This document shows positions 24,970-37,400 of a stretch of DNA of 64,000 bases, in pieces. Below the pieces are notes generated by a model. That model was not told the origin of the DNA and did not search any database. It worked only from the letters and a program-made list of their open reading frames with translations. This stretch comes from Lytechinus pictus. Its lineage: Eukaryota. Both the position numbers and the translations under genes were made by a program. The stretch is taken from the NCBI RefSeq assembly GCF_037042905.1, contig NC_087245.1, forward strand, positions 868,001 through 932,000. Direction: 5' to 3'. The first letter of the stretch is position 1. Every line of letters begins with the position of its first letter.

Positions 24970-25976
24970 GTATGAATATAGTGTGGTGTTTCAGTAAGAT
25001 GTTCTTATATCCATGTTCTAATATAATGGAAGTGCATTTCCTATTTAACCCTAATCAAACTTAAAAACTTCAAACTTTCCATTCAGATCGGATTTCAAGT
25101 GTAGCTGATTAGAAATCAAAATGATTGAGAATCTGATTTAGCACAAAAATCACCAGTTGTGCATAAAATCTTACATAATATATAACAGGTAAGTTAACAT
25201 CAACAATGGTAGGATTGATTGTGACTATTCATATCAGCTTTAGAACATGAAGTCAGATTATTTCTCTTTGGCCTGAGATACACAAACGTCAAAAGCTGGC
25301 TCCGGAGGCGCCTCGACATATGTGTATCAGCTCATTATTTTTGATTGCCTGACTGGACTGGTCCACCTAAAAGGTGATGTGAGTCCCGCAATTACCCCCA
25401 AGGCGGCTTAACCACTGAACTAGAAATAGCAAACAATGGTTGTTGCTAAAGAGCAATAGAAAATGTTGAGGTGAAAAGACAGGCGATTCATGTAACAGGG
25501 TATGCTAAGGTTCTCACAGGGGATACCCTGATTCTCCCCCTATCATTTTCTGCTTGCATACAAAGGAGGATGAGAAATGAAAAGGTGCTTAGCGGGATTG
25601 CTAACCTCAAAATTACTCTCTGAATTTCTTTGAGATGCTTACTTACTGTAGGTTAATCTTTATCATTCAAAATGGGCACATTAGAATTCTTCTTGCAGTA
25701 ACCATGTAGGTCCCTTCAATTGTAGGGCCAGAGAGACTTAATCCTTAATGGAAAAGGTCACATTGCTAACTGATAATTTACCATAACTTTTAATCAATAG
25801 CATGATTACATTATGTATTGCACAATATACTGCCCTTCATATATCAAGCTGAAGCTTGTCTTATATAATTTGTATATTTGCATGCCAGTTATAATCATTT
25901 ACATTTTGCTGGTTTTGTTGTTAATTAGCCTACTTAATGTTTTCATTCATTGATGCGATTTTAATATTCTTTTCAG

Positions 25977-26082
25977 TGTTGTGATGTTAGCAGCAAAGAG
26001 GATGGGTGAAGAAATCAAGAAGGGTCACTCTCAACCCATCGCATGGAACAACTGCCACATGTATCTTATAAAGGCTGCAATG
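25977..26082 (+). CDS. ACOX1: ACOX1 exon 11 (106 nt)
   Basis: VVMLAAKRMGEEIKKGHSQPIAWNNCHMYLIKAAM; AWN motif; CAG and GTAAAT boundaries. Confidence 0.92.
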
Positions 26083-26141
26083 GTAAATACATTTCATGTA
26101 TATACTTTCTTGACTGTTTTTTATTCACCAAAGATTCATAT

Positions 26142-26219
26142 GAAATCAAGAATGGCTACTCTTGACGTATTGCCAAGAACAATCCTCCCATGTATCTCAC
26201 CAAAATTGCAATGGTAAAC
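26142..26219 (+). pseudogene. Decayed tandem duplicate of the 3' part of ACOX1 exon 11, including its donor site
   Basis: Reads EIKNGYS*RIAKNNPPMYLTKIAM|GTAAAC versus EIKKGHSQPIAWNNCHMYLIKAAM|GTAAAT in exon 11; ungapped, with an in-frame TGA. Confidence 0.8.
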
Positions 26220-26533
26220 ATTTACTTTAAACTTGAGTGTTTAATATCTCTCATTCTTAATTTTTTGTATGAAATGAAAAGCCAAATGATGTTAAGCATT
26301 TGGCCTTATGAGACAGGTTTGTTTTTCACTACCCATATTCAACTCATAATAATCAGCTCTCTGTGGGCATCACTGGGAAGACAAGATATAACACACAATA
26401 TAAGATATATAAGACAAGGCGTAAATGATGACAAAATTAATACAAAATAAGAAAATTTAAAAAATGATGATCATTAAAGCCACTTTAAAAGTAAATACTA
26501 ATACTTTCCTATTTATTTGCTTGATACACCTAG

Positions 26534-26680
26534 GCCCACTGTCACTTGTACTGTGTGGAGAGCTTCTTTGATGGAGTAAATAGTACTGATGCTTCACAAC
26601 CTGCAGTGGATGCTCTCATGGCTTTGTGTCAGCTCTATGCCATCTTTGGGATCAGCCAAAACAAAGGAGATCTGCTCCAG
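26534..26680 (+). CDS. ACOX1: ACOX1 exon 12 (147 nt)
   Basis: AHCHLYCVESFFDGVNSTDASQPAVDALMALCQLYAIFGISQNKGDLLQ; TAG and GTATGG boundaries. Confidence 0.93.
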
Positions 26681-27455
26681 GTATGGTAGTATAATAAATT
26701 GATTAATGTGGAAGCATTGTGTTTTTTTTACTCTCCTTGAATCAGAGGGTGGTGTCTTTAAATCCCATTGCGGCCGAGCATCCCTTGGCAAGGCGTCAAT
26801 CTACACATTGCCACTCTCCACCCAGGTATGCCTAGAAAAAAAGCTTGAAAACTCTTGTTGTAATACTCCCCAGGGAGTGGTGAAAGTCCAAATATTGTGT
26901 GCAGACAATCCAGGATCCGATGAGTGGGGTAATCATATACCTCTAAACCACCTAGAAACATTGTTCCGATGTAGTAAGCACTATGTATTTGACATGTATA
27001 ATTATTTTGTTATTTGTAATTCTGTAATTCCTGAAGGTTTTCAACAGACTACACTGTTTAGTAGGCAATGGGGTGAAATTTTTTTGATAATTTGCACACA
27101 TTTGAAGAGGTTAAAACATTGAAAATAATAGCTTCCTGCTTCCTTGTGAATTTGTCTGCTCAGAAACAAGATTATTAAAAGGGGAAAGACACTTTGAAAA
27201 CAGCTATGGTATCTTGTAGGGGGATCCAAATCTCTGCCATCAGCCATGTGATTGTAACATAAACAAGCACATGTCACCATTGGCATAATCTAATTTACAC
27301 AACTGCAAAGTTGTTTGATCTCATTCATTCTAATTTACGGATGAAATCAAAATGTTTTCTCAAAATCAAGGAATAAAAGTTTAAATGTGATTTATTTTGG
27401 TCCTAATTCCTCTGAAGCCTTCTTAGCAAATCCTCCATGAAAATATATATTTCAT

Positions 27456-29044
27456 TTTTCTTTGTTTTGGTTTGATATGGTTTCAGGATGGTTATATGAT
27501 TGGTGAGCAGCTAGATATGTTAGAGCGTCAGCTGATAGACCTACTAGCAATCATCAGACCTATTGCTGTAACTCTAGTTGATTTCTATGATATCTAGTAG
27601 TTTTCTTTGTTTTGTTTTGATATGGTTTCAGGATGGTTATATGAATGGTGAGCAGCTAGATATTTTAGAGCGTCAGCTGATAGACCTACTAGCAATCATC
27701 AGACCTATTGCTGTAACTATAGTTGATTTCTATGATATCTAGTAGTTTTCTTTGTTTTGTTTTGATATGGTTTCAGGATGGTTATATGAATGGTGAGCAG
27801 CTAGATATTTTAGAGCGTCAGCTGATAGACCTACTAGCAATCATCAGACCTATTGCTGTAACTATAGTTGATTTCTATGATATCTAGTAGTTTTCTTTGT
27901 TTTGTTTTGATATGGTTTCAGGATGGTTATATGAATGGTGAGCAGCTAGATATTTTAGAGCGTCAGCTGATAGACCTACTAGCAATCATCAGACCTATTG
28001 CTGTAACTATAGTTGATTTCTATGATATCTAGTAGTTTTCTTTGTTTTGTTTTGATATGGTTTCAGGATGGTTATATGAATGGTGAGCAGCTAGATATTT
28101 TAGAGCGTCAGCTGATAGACCTACTAGCAATCATCAGACCTATTGCTGTAACTATAGTTGATTTCTATGATATCTAGTAGTTTTCTTTGTTTTGTTTTGA
28201 TATGGTTTCAGGATGGTTATATGAATGGTGAGCAGCTAGATATGTTAGAGCGTCAGCTGATAGACCTACTAGCAATCATCAGACCTATTGCTGTAACTAT
28301 AGTTGATTTCTATGATATCTAGTAGTTTTCTTTGTTTTGTTTTGATATGGTTTCAGGATGGTTATATGAATGGTGAGCAGCTAGATATGTTAGAGCGTCA
28401 GCTGATAGACCTACTAGCAATCATCAGACCTATTGCTGTAACTATAGTTGATTTCTATGATATCTAGTAGTTTTCTTTGTTTTGTTTTGATATGGTTTCA
28501 GGATGGTTATATGAATGGTGAGCAGCTAGATATTTTAGAGCGTCAGCTGATAGACCTACTAGCAATCATCAGACCTATTGCTGTAACTATAGTTGATTTC
28601 TATGATATCTAGTAGTTTTCTTTGTTTTGTTTTGATATGGTTTCAGGATGGTTATATGAATGGTGAGCAGCTAGATATTTTAGAGCGTCAGCTGATAGAC
28701 CTACTAGCAATCATCAGACCTATTGCTGTAACTATAGTTGATTTCTATGATATCTAGTAGTTTTCTTTGTTTTGTTTTGATATGGTTTCAGGATGGTTAT
28801 ATGAATGGTGAGCAGCTAGATATTTTAGAGCGTCAGCTGATAGACCTACTAGCAATCATCAGACCTATTGCTGTAACTATAGTTGATTTCTATGATATCT
28901 AGTAGTTTTCTTTGTTTTGTTTTGATATGGTTTCAGGATGGTTATATGAATGGTGAGCAGCTAGATATTTTAGAGCGTCAGCTGATAGACCTACTAGCAA
29001 TCATCAGACCTATTGCTGTAACTCTGGTTGATTCTTATGATATC
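27456..29044 (+). repeat. 145-bp tandem array, 11 units, each made of the exon 13 acceptor plus the first 108 coding nt
   Basis: TTTCAG|GATGGT recurs at 27487, 27632 and so on to 28937 (10 x 145). Units are nearly identical; the first ten end in an in-frame TAG. Confidence 0.95.
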
Positions 29045-29143
29045 CCTGATAAGATGCTTTCTTCAGTGCTTGGACGCTATGATGGTAACGTCTATGAGAA
29101 CCTATATGAGTGGGCCAAGAAAGCTCCCCTCAACAAGAAAGAG
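28937..29143 (+). CDS. ACOX1: ACOX1 exon 13 (207 nt; the only complete copy)
   Basis: DGYMNGEQLDILERQLIDLLAIIRPIAVTLVDSYDIPDKMLSSVLGRYDGNVYENLYEWAKKAPLNKKE; CAG and GTAAGC boundaries. Confidence 0.93.
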
Positions 29144-30016
29144 GTAAGCTTGCTAATCATTTATCCCAATTTGTTAGTGTTCTTGTAGATTATATTTAGA
29201 CCACACTTTATGAAGAAAATGAAAAGCTAGTTGGGGAAGAGTCGGATGGTTGGAGTGAGGAGGGAGGATGCTTTAAATCATACAGAATAAACAGAGGTGA
29301 TAAAGGAGATTGCAGAGAGTGTAAAGATGAATCTGGCCACCCCCTATTCCACATGGACAAAATAAGTTACGGGGGTCATTAGGTCAAAGGTCACAGTGGA
29401 CATTTACCTGAAAATATCTCTTTCTGTTGATACCAGTGAAGAACTGTTTTGATGGTTAAAACTTCTGCCATGTATGCTTATTGGATTGACAATGATCTGA
29501 TTATATTTTAGTGTCACAAGGTCAAAGGTCACATATCATTTGAAAATGTTCAAAGTTGCGTGATAATTTCTTGTTTTGGTAGTGGAGGATGCATAGTGGT
29601 TACTGTGTGCAGTCATTAATCCATCTATTTTTTTTCTTTTGGGGGGATTTTTATTTTTTTGTAAAAATGAATTATGCATTTGTCATAGTTGCTTATGAAT
29701 GAATGCAAGAATGGAGGAAACAGAATCACCTCTTAGTGGAATTATAATGTTTTTGAAACATTGAATTTATTTGCAAGTTTCAAAAATTGATGAATGTCAT
29801 TTTTTATGGAAGAGACATTAAATACATTCATGTAATTTGAGATGCATGTAGATTAATCTGATTACTTTTTTTTTGGCCATTTAGTGGTAGGCAAGTATTA
29901 GAAATATTTTAATTAAGATTCATTTTATAATGTAATTGCATGTTATCCATTGTGTACAAACAGTGTAGCATAAACAATCTTAATGTACTTTCACAATTTC
30001 TTTCAATTTTTTCCAG

Positions 30017-30082
30017 GTTCCTGCTGCTTACAAGTACATTGGACCATTTCTTAAGGAGAACATAGCCAATTCAAAGCTCTGA
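30017..30082 (+). CDS. ACOX1: ACOX1 last coding exon 14, ending in PTS1 (SKL)
   Basis: CAG acceptor; VPAAYKYIGPFLKENIANSKL*; C-terminal SKL is the canonical peroxisomal targeting signal 1. Confidence 0.95.
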   Translation, partial: VPAAYKYIGPFLKENIANSKL

Positions 30083-30183
30083 ATCATGTGACCACCAGTA
30101 ATGTATCATGTGACTGTAAGCTCTGAATCATGTGACCACCAGTAATGTATCATGTGACTGTAAGCTCTGAATCATGTGACTGT
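30074..30183 (+). repeat. 44-bp tandem repeat (about 2.5 copies) spanning the ACOX1 stop codon
   Basis: AAGCTCTGAATCATGTGAC... starts at 30074, 30118 and 30162. Confidence 0.9.
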
Positions 30184-30365
30184 AGAAAACCAAGTGATCT
30201 TCCATAGTAAGTAATGAATGTCTTGGTTCCATGTGAAATCGGTGCATCTATACATTTCATTCTGAAATATAAAGTAATTACATGGACCTTTTCTGGTAAG
30301 ATAAACATGTCAATTCATCTTTTTTATATTGGAAACAGCTGATGGTGTGTGTCTGTTATTGTTAA

Positions 30366-30947
30366 AGGAGAATGAAACTCTTGGAGCAAGTTAGCTTTTG
30401 TGAAAGCAGAAAATTCAAAGAATAAGATCAACAAAAGTTTGAGTAAAATAGAACCAGCAATAGAAGAGTTATGAGCATTTGAATGTCGAGATCACTAATG
30501 CTATGGAGATCCTCCCATTGGCAATGCGACCAAGATCTATGATGTCACAGATGAACAACTCTCCCCTTTTGGACACTGAAAATATATAAAAAAACATCTC
30601 TTTTTGCTCATTCTAATCATATGACAAACGATTCATCAATGATATAATGTTGTGAAACCCCTGTACTTGTCCTCTCATAAAGAGAACACCTCACCTTGTG
30701 ATACTCTATAAAAGTGAGAATATAAGTGAAATAAGTACTAAAGTAATGAGGGAGTTGTACGTGTGTGACATCACAGATCTTGGTCGCATTGCCAATAGGA
30801 GGATCTACATGGCATTAGTGATCTCAATATTCAAATGCTCATAACTTTCTTATTATTCATTCAATCTTCCTCAAACTTTCAACAATATGTTTCTTTGATT
30901 TTTCTCTTTGATATGGATTCAGCTGGTTTCAAGGGTTTCATTCTCCT
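30366..30947. mobile_element. TTAA-targeting MITE, copy 2, in the probable ACOX1 3' UTR
   Basis: Same termini and near-identical body to 10192-10775; TTAA on both sides. Confidence 0.88.
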
Positions 30948-33460
30948 TTAAAAGAGAATTATTTAATCCCACAAAAGGCGATGACAAATTCTTTCTCAAA
31001 CAAAAAAAAAATGATCAGATGAATCCCAGGCTTTATGTAGCTGATTGCAATAAGATTAATAACAAATCTTACGGCAATTTCAGAATTCTCTAGTCAATGT
31101 GTGAAGGCAATTATAGACATTTTTAAATAAACAGCAATATTATTTGAGATTTATAAATTAAAATTTATATTTCTTATCACATGTACATATACCTCAAACA
31201 ATACTGTCTTTGATAGTGCAAGATATGGTATTAAATCATATTAAATCAATTTAACTTAAAGAAAGTAATATTTCATACAATTTAATTCCTGTTTATTAAT
31301 TTTGGGATAAATTATTAAGCCCCCATACAGTATGGTCATATCAGTATTACCCAGTCTATATCTCAAATAACTTCATTGTTTGTTGTGAAAGTGTAGTTGA
31401 GTGGAAGCAAAGCCTACTTAATTTTCAATATTTTCTTCTTTACACACACATGTATGAAGTTGATTTCATCTATGTTAGATGATTTACAATGTAAGTGAAA
31501 GTGTACAGTTTATAAACTTGACATTTTACTTGACTTTATTTGTTGCCAATGAATATCAGGGAATTTCATGTTAAACTCAGCTTTTGAAATAAATTATATA
31601 ATGTAGTTTAATATTATACATCATTTGATAATACTAGTTTCTGCAATGATTTGTATAATGTCTTTTGTTTTTAGCAAGTCTTCTGATGTATGGAAGATAG
31701 TTCTGAATCTTGATACTAGTATTGTTTGATTTTATGTTTAATATAAATCCATCATGTTTGTGGATTGGTGGAGTATAGTAAAAAAAAAGATTTCCTAGAT
31801 GAAAAAGGAGCCTTTTTTTTTTAAAATCATGAGAGATTACCTTTACATAGTGATTTATCCATCCACTTAATACCAAAGAGGACTTCTGGCGTAGATGGAA
31901 AAGTCTTTCAAATTACGTCAAATATCTGTGTGTAATTCCTATAAGTAAAATGGTAACATATTCATTCATCTGTAGATTTCATGTTTAGTACTGCCAAGAT
32001 CAAATACCTAACCATTGCTTTTCTTAAATTAAAGAAGTTATGGTGAATATTATCTTTAAAGTTTACTACACAAAGATTACACTCAGTAAATTGTTGCATT
32101 AAAACTGTTAAAAAGGAATACTGTAGATTTCTATCTTCAATTGAAAAAAAAATGAATGGCATTTGATTACTGCTACTGTGCAATATATAAAGTGATTGTG
32201 AAACAGTTATCATGTACATGTAGAAGTGATATACATGGTATCTGTATGTATGATGTTTATAGCAACCATAGTGCAGTAAGTAGAAACAGTTGATTTATGA
32301 TACACGAATCCATCTAAGAGCACCATTGTACTGTTCGGTAGCTCTCATTTTAATGTTAAAAAATGTTCAACTACTTACTGAAAATTGCCTGTCAATGTCT
32401 CATAACTTTGAGACCTTTTATCAGAAATGTAATTTTGAAATGTGCAATCAACATTGTAAAGAGGATTTGTGATGTGATGAAGTTAGTTGTACAAAGAGAA
32501 TGAAATTTAAAAATATATCGCCTAAGATGGTCTATTGATAATTTGCAAAGACTAATCATTGAAAGAAATAACTTAGGGTAAAGGATTTATTTTTCATCTT
32601 TAAATATTTTATAGTTTTATAAAAGTGAGAGTAGAGACATGTTTTATGATGATTTCGATTTCTTCAAGTTGAATTTGGTCGGAAATTAATGTTATTATAT
32701 GTATTAACTTAACATGACTCTACTTTTAGTGTAATTCCTCATATTCTTATTTTTATTAATGTAATTGAGTGAAAGAATGAAAATTGATTTTCAATATTTT
32801 CATTTGACTAGCCTGGGCTCTGTTTAAATAACAAAAAATGATATAAAACATTAGCAAGCGCTATGAAACAAGCCACCCCCTTTACCAATGATGTAACATC
32901 TGTAGCATGAAATGATATTGAATAGATAAGTCTTTTTCAAGCTATGAGTATTTGATTACATGAAATAGTCATTCCAACCTGTCATGAAGTTTAGCTTATT
33001 ATAGAATCGTATGTAGATTATCCAGTGAAGGAGGTGATGAGTCATCTTACCAAAACTATCGGGTTTAGATTACTGTGACGTACACAATGCTTTTGATTTC
33101 ACACCGTCTTCTTGATGACAAATATACTCATTGCATGATAGGGTTGTAGACTTTCTTTGCTTCTTTTAGACAACATGTCTGATTAAAATTTCTTCTCTCT
33201 TTTTCCTTGGGCTTTATGATTGTACAAATTTTCTCTTGAAATTAAAAATTCTTCATTTTAGGTTGTGATTTCCTATTCAGTGTTGAAATTAATTCCCTTT
33301 TGTATTTTATAAAATGTATGTAGATTGATAATCTTATCCATACATATTACATCATTACACCACTATCATGAATGTTTAGCAGTATGCCATAATAGATTAA
33401 TGTAAATAATGAGTTAAAGTTTTCTATTGAATTTCAACATTACATGATTGTCAATATACA

Positions 33461-33466
33461 AATAAA
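33461..33466 (+). promoter_or_regulatory. Candidate distal poly(A) signal of ACOX1
   Basis: AATAAA close to where CpG depletion appears to end. Alternative AATAAA sites lie at 31126 and 31588. Confidence 0.35.
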
Positions 33467-34214
33467 TAATTTATGCTGGAACTTTGCATTAAAATCATTG
33501 AAATCAATATTTTTAAAGCATTTTAACGAATTTTTTTGACAACTGGGTGGTGCAGTTGGATAAACCATGAAAAGAGGAGGGTAAGAGACAAGGAAGTATA
33601 GTGTAGGAAAGAGAGAGAGAATGAGTGAGTGAAAATGAAGTATTATCATTGCCACTGTCTCTCCCCTATTCCCCCCCCCCCTTCTCCACTCTTCTTTCTT
33701 GCTTTCATCGCTGTTGCTACCTTTATTCGCCACCAGCAATATTCACCATGTCCTTTTAAGCTCAGCAAAGGCTAGAACATCTCTGATCGCCTGCCAACCT
33801 CGACGTGAAAACTGATCTTACTCGCCCGTGGGCCAACCAAGCACTTCTCGATGCTATATTTTCAAAATAAAATGATTATACTTTTCTATATATCATTTTA
33901 CCCCCTTTTTCTCCCCTCCTTCACCGTCATCTTCATCCTCATCGAGTGGTGTAACTCGAGAACCTGTAGCGTTCTGTATCCTACTTGATAAGGTCCTCTA
34001 TGCCTGTATATTTACCAAGATCCTATGCAAATACCTCTGACATGAGGAAATGAATACTAAGTTGGTTATGCAGTGATGTGAGTGCATGATCATTTGGGGC
34101 TGCGATTGATTTTATTATACACTTTTACTAACGCCAAGGGATACAGTATTTGTTGGCTTCTAGAAGTAGCGTTTCACAAATTCTGGAGATTTTCTGTTCT
34201 AATGTATCTTTTCT

Positions 34215-34462
34215 CAATTTTTCTCTTTTTTCTTCTCATTCTTTCTTCTTCCTCCTCTTCTTCTACATCTTCTTCTTTTTCGTTTTCTTCCTCCTATTAT
34301 TCTTCTTCCTCCTCTTCTTATTTCTCTTCTTCCTCCCTTTCTTATGTTTCTTCTTCCTCCTATTCTTCTTTATTTTTTTTCTTGTTGTTGTTGTTCTTCA
34401 TGTTCTTCTTTTTCTTCTCATCCTTCTTCTTCTTCTACTCCTCCTCCTTCTTCTTCTTCTTT
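34215..34462. repeat. (TCT/TCC)n low-complexity pyrimidine tract
   Basis: Read directly; it explains the poly-S/F/L ORFs in the track. Confidence 0.9.
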
Positions 34463-37400
34463 GAAGATTTTACTTTTATTTTCGAATAGACTACAACAGC
34501 AAACTCTAGTATTTATAATCCCAGGTTCATAAAAGAGACCCTACATCCATGACATCAGGGCAGTCTCTGGTTTTTCAACATGACAAATCTTTTGTATTTG
34601 ATATTCACTCGATGTAATATAGGAAAGGTCGAAAGTAGGAATTGAATTTAAGTCATCAATCTCTTGATATGTGTAGATTGATCTCAATTCGGTTTCATTT
34701 TAGCTATTTTGTATCGTCTGGCAGCAAGGAAATGCGAGTATATTTCCTCTGTCATGTCTGTAAGAATGTTCTAAGACGCCAAAGCTTACAGGAGTATATG
34801 CCTACGTAGTTTCGTACAAAGAGGTGGTTTCAATAACATATTCGTTTTCCGGTATAGAATGACAGCTTTTTTTTGTAGAGGTAGTGTTCAAAGACAATTC
34901 CCAATGCCATTCTTGTATGTGAATATTACATGACAACAATTAGTTTTGTACTTTGTTTTTCTAAATTTCATGATTGTGAGAATGAAGGAGATGTCTATTA
35001 CTTTTTTTTCTTTCATTTCTTTATTTCGTAATTCGATTCATCTAGCTATTAGCACCAATTTGATTCAGTATTAGGGGGTAATTATATTTTGAATATGAAT
35101 CTGAAAACAGGTAGCATAAAATAGGTTCTCGTTAAATATGGTATTTATGATTTTCTTAGGATTATTATCTCACAAGTATAGTATGCCAAATCATTACAAC
35201 ATCAATCGTTTCCTTTATTCGGTATACGATTTGACACTTTTCCAAACCTGAATTAATTTTCTAGCGTTGTCTCTAAGATACATGTAATAATTATTTATAA
35301 ACTCTCGAGCATTTGTAAAAGTTTACTCTGGATTCATTATGTTCTCCTAGCCATTCAAAATGGTAGTTACCCCTTGTGAAGGAGAAGTAGGTTTATTGGG
35401 CTAAATTTAGGCCTTGCCCCCACCCCCTTCCAAAAATTATGTTCTAAAAAGAATTCGCTTTTTCTCTTGCCAAATATTGATTCAATGAAAATGAGAAAAT
35501 CTGCAGCAAATGCAGACAACTTCTTCTTAACCTGAAAATTTGTCAAACATTATCAGGATAGCTAATCCCATGATGAAAGCTAATACTTCACGGACCCAAT
35601 AACCTACATAAGATATATCCCATAAGACAACACGTCAATTTACTGCAGTGTTTATTACGTGCTTCTAGTCAGAATAGACGTTTAAAGCGAATCTTGACAG
35701 ACTTACCCTTATACATGATAATGCTAAGCATTTTGACAGTTGACTCTTTGGTTGACGGGGTTGATAATCAATATTCGGAAATGATAGGGTTTCCCCCTAT
35801 TTTTTAAAAACATCGTTAGTCAATTCATCGGTAGTAGGTTCTTTAATGTCTTTATATAATTATGTTCTAGTGTGTTATGAGTATGAATGCTGTGTTATTT
35901 ATTCTAAAGCAATCTATCCAAACAGAGTTATTCTCCATTATATGGTTTCCATGGTTATAACTCATGAACTTCTTATTAGCCATCATAATGGTCGACCATT
36001 TTGAAACATCATCCATCAAATGAAAAATAAGCTTCTGTTAGTAAGATCACCAATTTGATTCTGTCAAAATGAAATGAAATTGAGGAGGGAAGAAAGAGTA
36101 AGGGGTAAGAAATAAAACACTAAGTAAAGGAAAACGCTATATTTTTATTTTGAAAAAGAAACAAGTATTGAACAAAAAGATCAAGGGGAAACGGTTGGCA
36201 TATACAATCTTCACATACCTTCACCATTTTGCTATTTATCTTGACATTATAACTTGAATGATTATAACTTGGTGACACGAAACAGAAGGGTAGATTTTCA
36301 GTGATATATATCTTATGAAGATATGAAAGAACTGTATGATTTACTTTTTGTTAATATGACATTTACTTCAGTGTTTCTGTATCATCCTGTATCTTTTGTC
36401 TATGCATTATCCATATAACAGCGGCGGATCCAGGATTTTGAAATAGAGAGGAATCAAAATTGAAAATAAAAAATAAATAAATAAACTGGGCGCAGATGAC
36501 ATGGGATAAGAATTTTCTTGAAGTTAGCTACTAGTATTAATATGTATGTATTGATGTATATTTTGCGTATGTGATGATGTGTGTTTGTTAATGTAATTAT
36601 CGTCGAGGTCTAATTTTAATTTTTTTCTGTAACTCTACATCATGTTAGGTTTCACAGTGTATTTTTTCCATGTATTTTAATCTGTTTATCTGTACAGACA
36701 GACATGCTATGCGTGCTCTTTATATTCGTAATATACTTTACTGGCTAGTATTAATTCACCGCATAAAGACTTGTATCCTCTCGACTATATTTCACCATTA
36801 TTCTATTCCATTCTATGATCTTCTCCTATTAAAATCTTATGGATTGTAATAAATGTTCGTGTCGCGTTTCTGACAGTTAAAGAACGAGTGAGTACGATTG
36901 AGTCTTAATAGTTCTTAATATAGTTTAAAAAAAAATGATACATATACTTTTATTGATGATATCTTTGTTCGTGCATGAAACACTTTCCGTCGTTGCCAAT
37001 TGATATTTAATACTTATATCAAATGTTTCATCCATCAATATTTTATTTATGGGCATGGACAGACAAAAACGTCATGATAACTTAAATCATTAGTAATCAC
37101 TGTTTATCTATTTATATTTATTGAATTCAAGAACACAAAAGATCAGTATCATGTCATGAGTATGCAATACTATTTTACATCAATATCGAGAGTATTTCAT
37201 TTTAACCCCATGGTTATATCCACATGATGGTTACCAAAAAAAAAACCCATTAATTCCTTTCACCAGACGATAGTACATGGATTAATTCTAGTGTCTTGTT
37301 ATATCATTCTGCTTTATATGGAAACACAATCATGAATGAGAACATGGAGAATTGTGTGAATGATTATAATAATAATAATGATGATTATAATATTTGTATG

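Noticed and set aside
27487..28936. Array units spliced together as a chain of mini-exons
   Set aside because: The only plausible GT..AG between units spans 35 nt and would leave 110-nt frameshifting exons. Each unit also has an in-frame TAG.
27456..29044. 145-bp array as a CRISPR-like repeat-spacer array
   Set aside because: There are no unique spacers. The whole unit repeats and derives from ACOX1 exon 13, in a eukaryotic context.
30080..30091. Stop-codon readthrough producing an alternative PTS1
   Set aside because: The context is TGA-ATC rather than the TGA-CTAG readthrough motif, and another TGA follows two codons later.
34082..34532. Poly-Ser/Phe/Leu ORFs
   Set aside because: They are by-products of a (TCT)n low-complexity tract.
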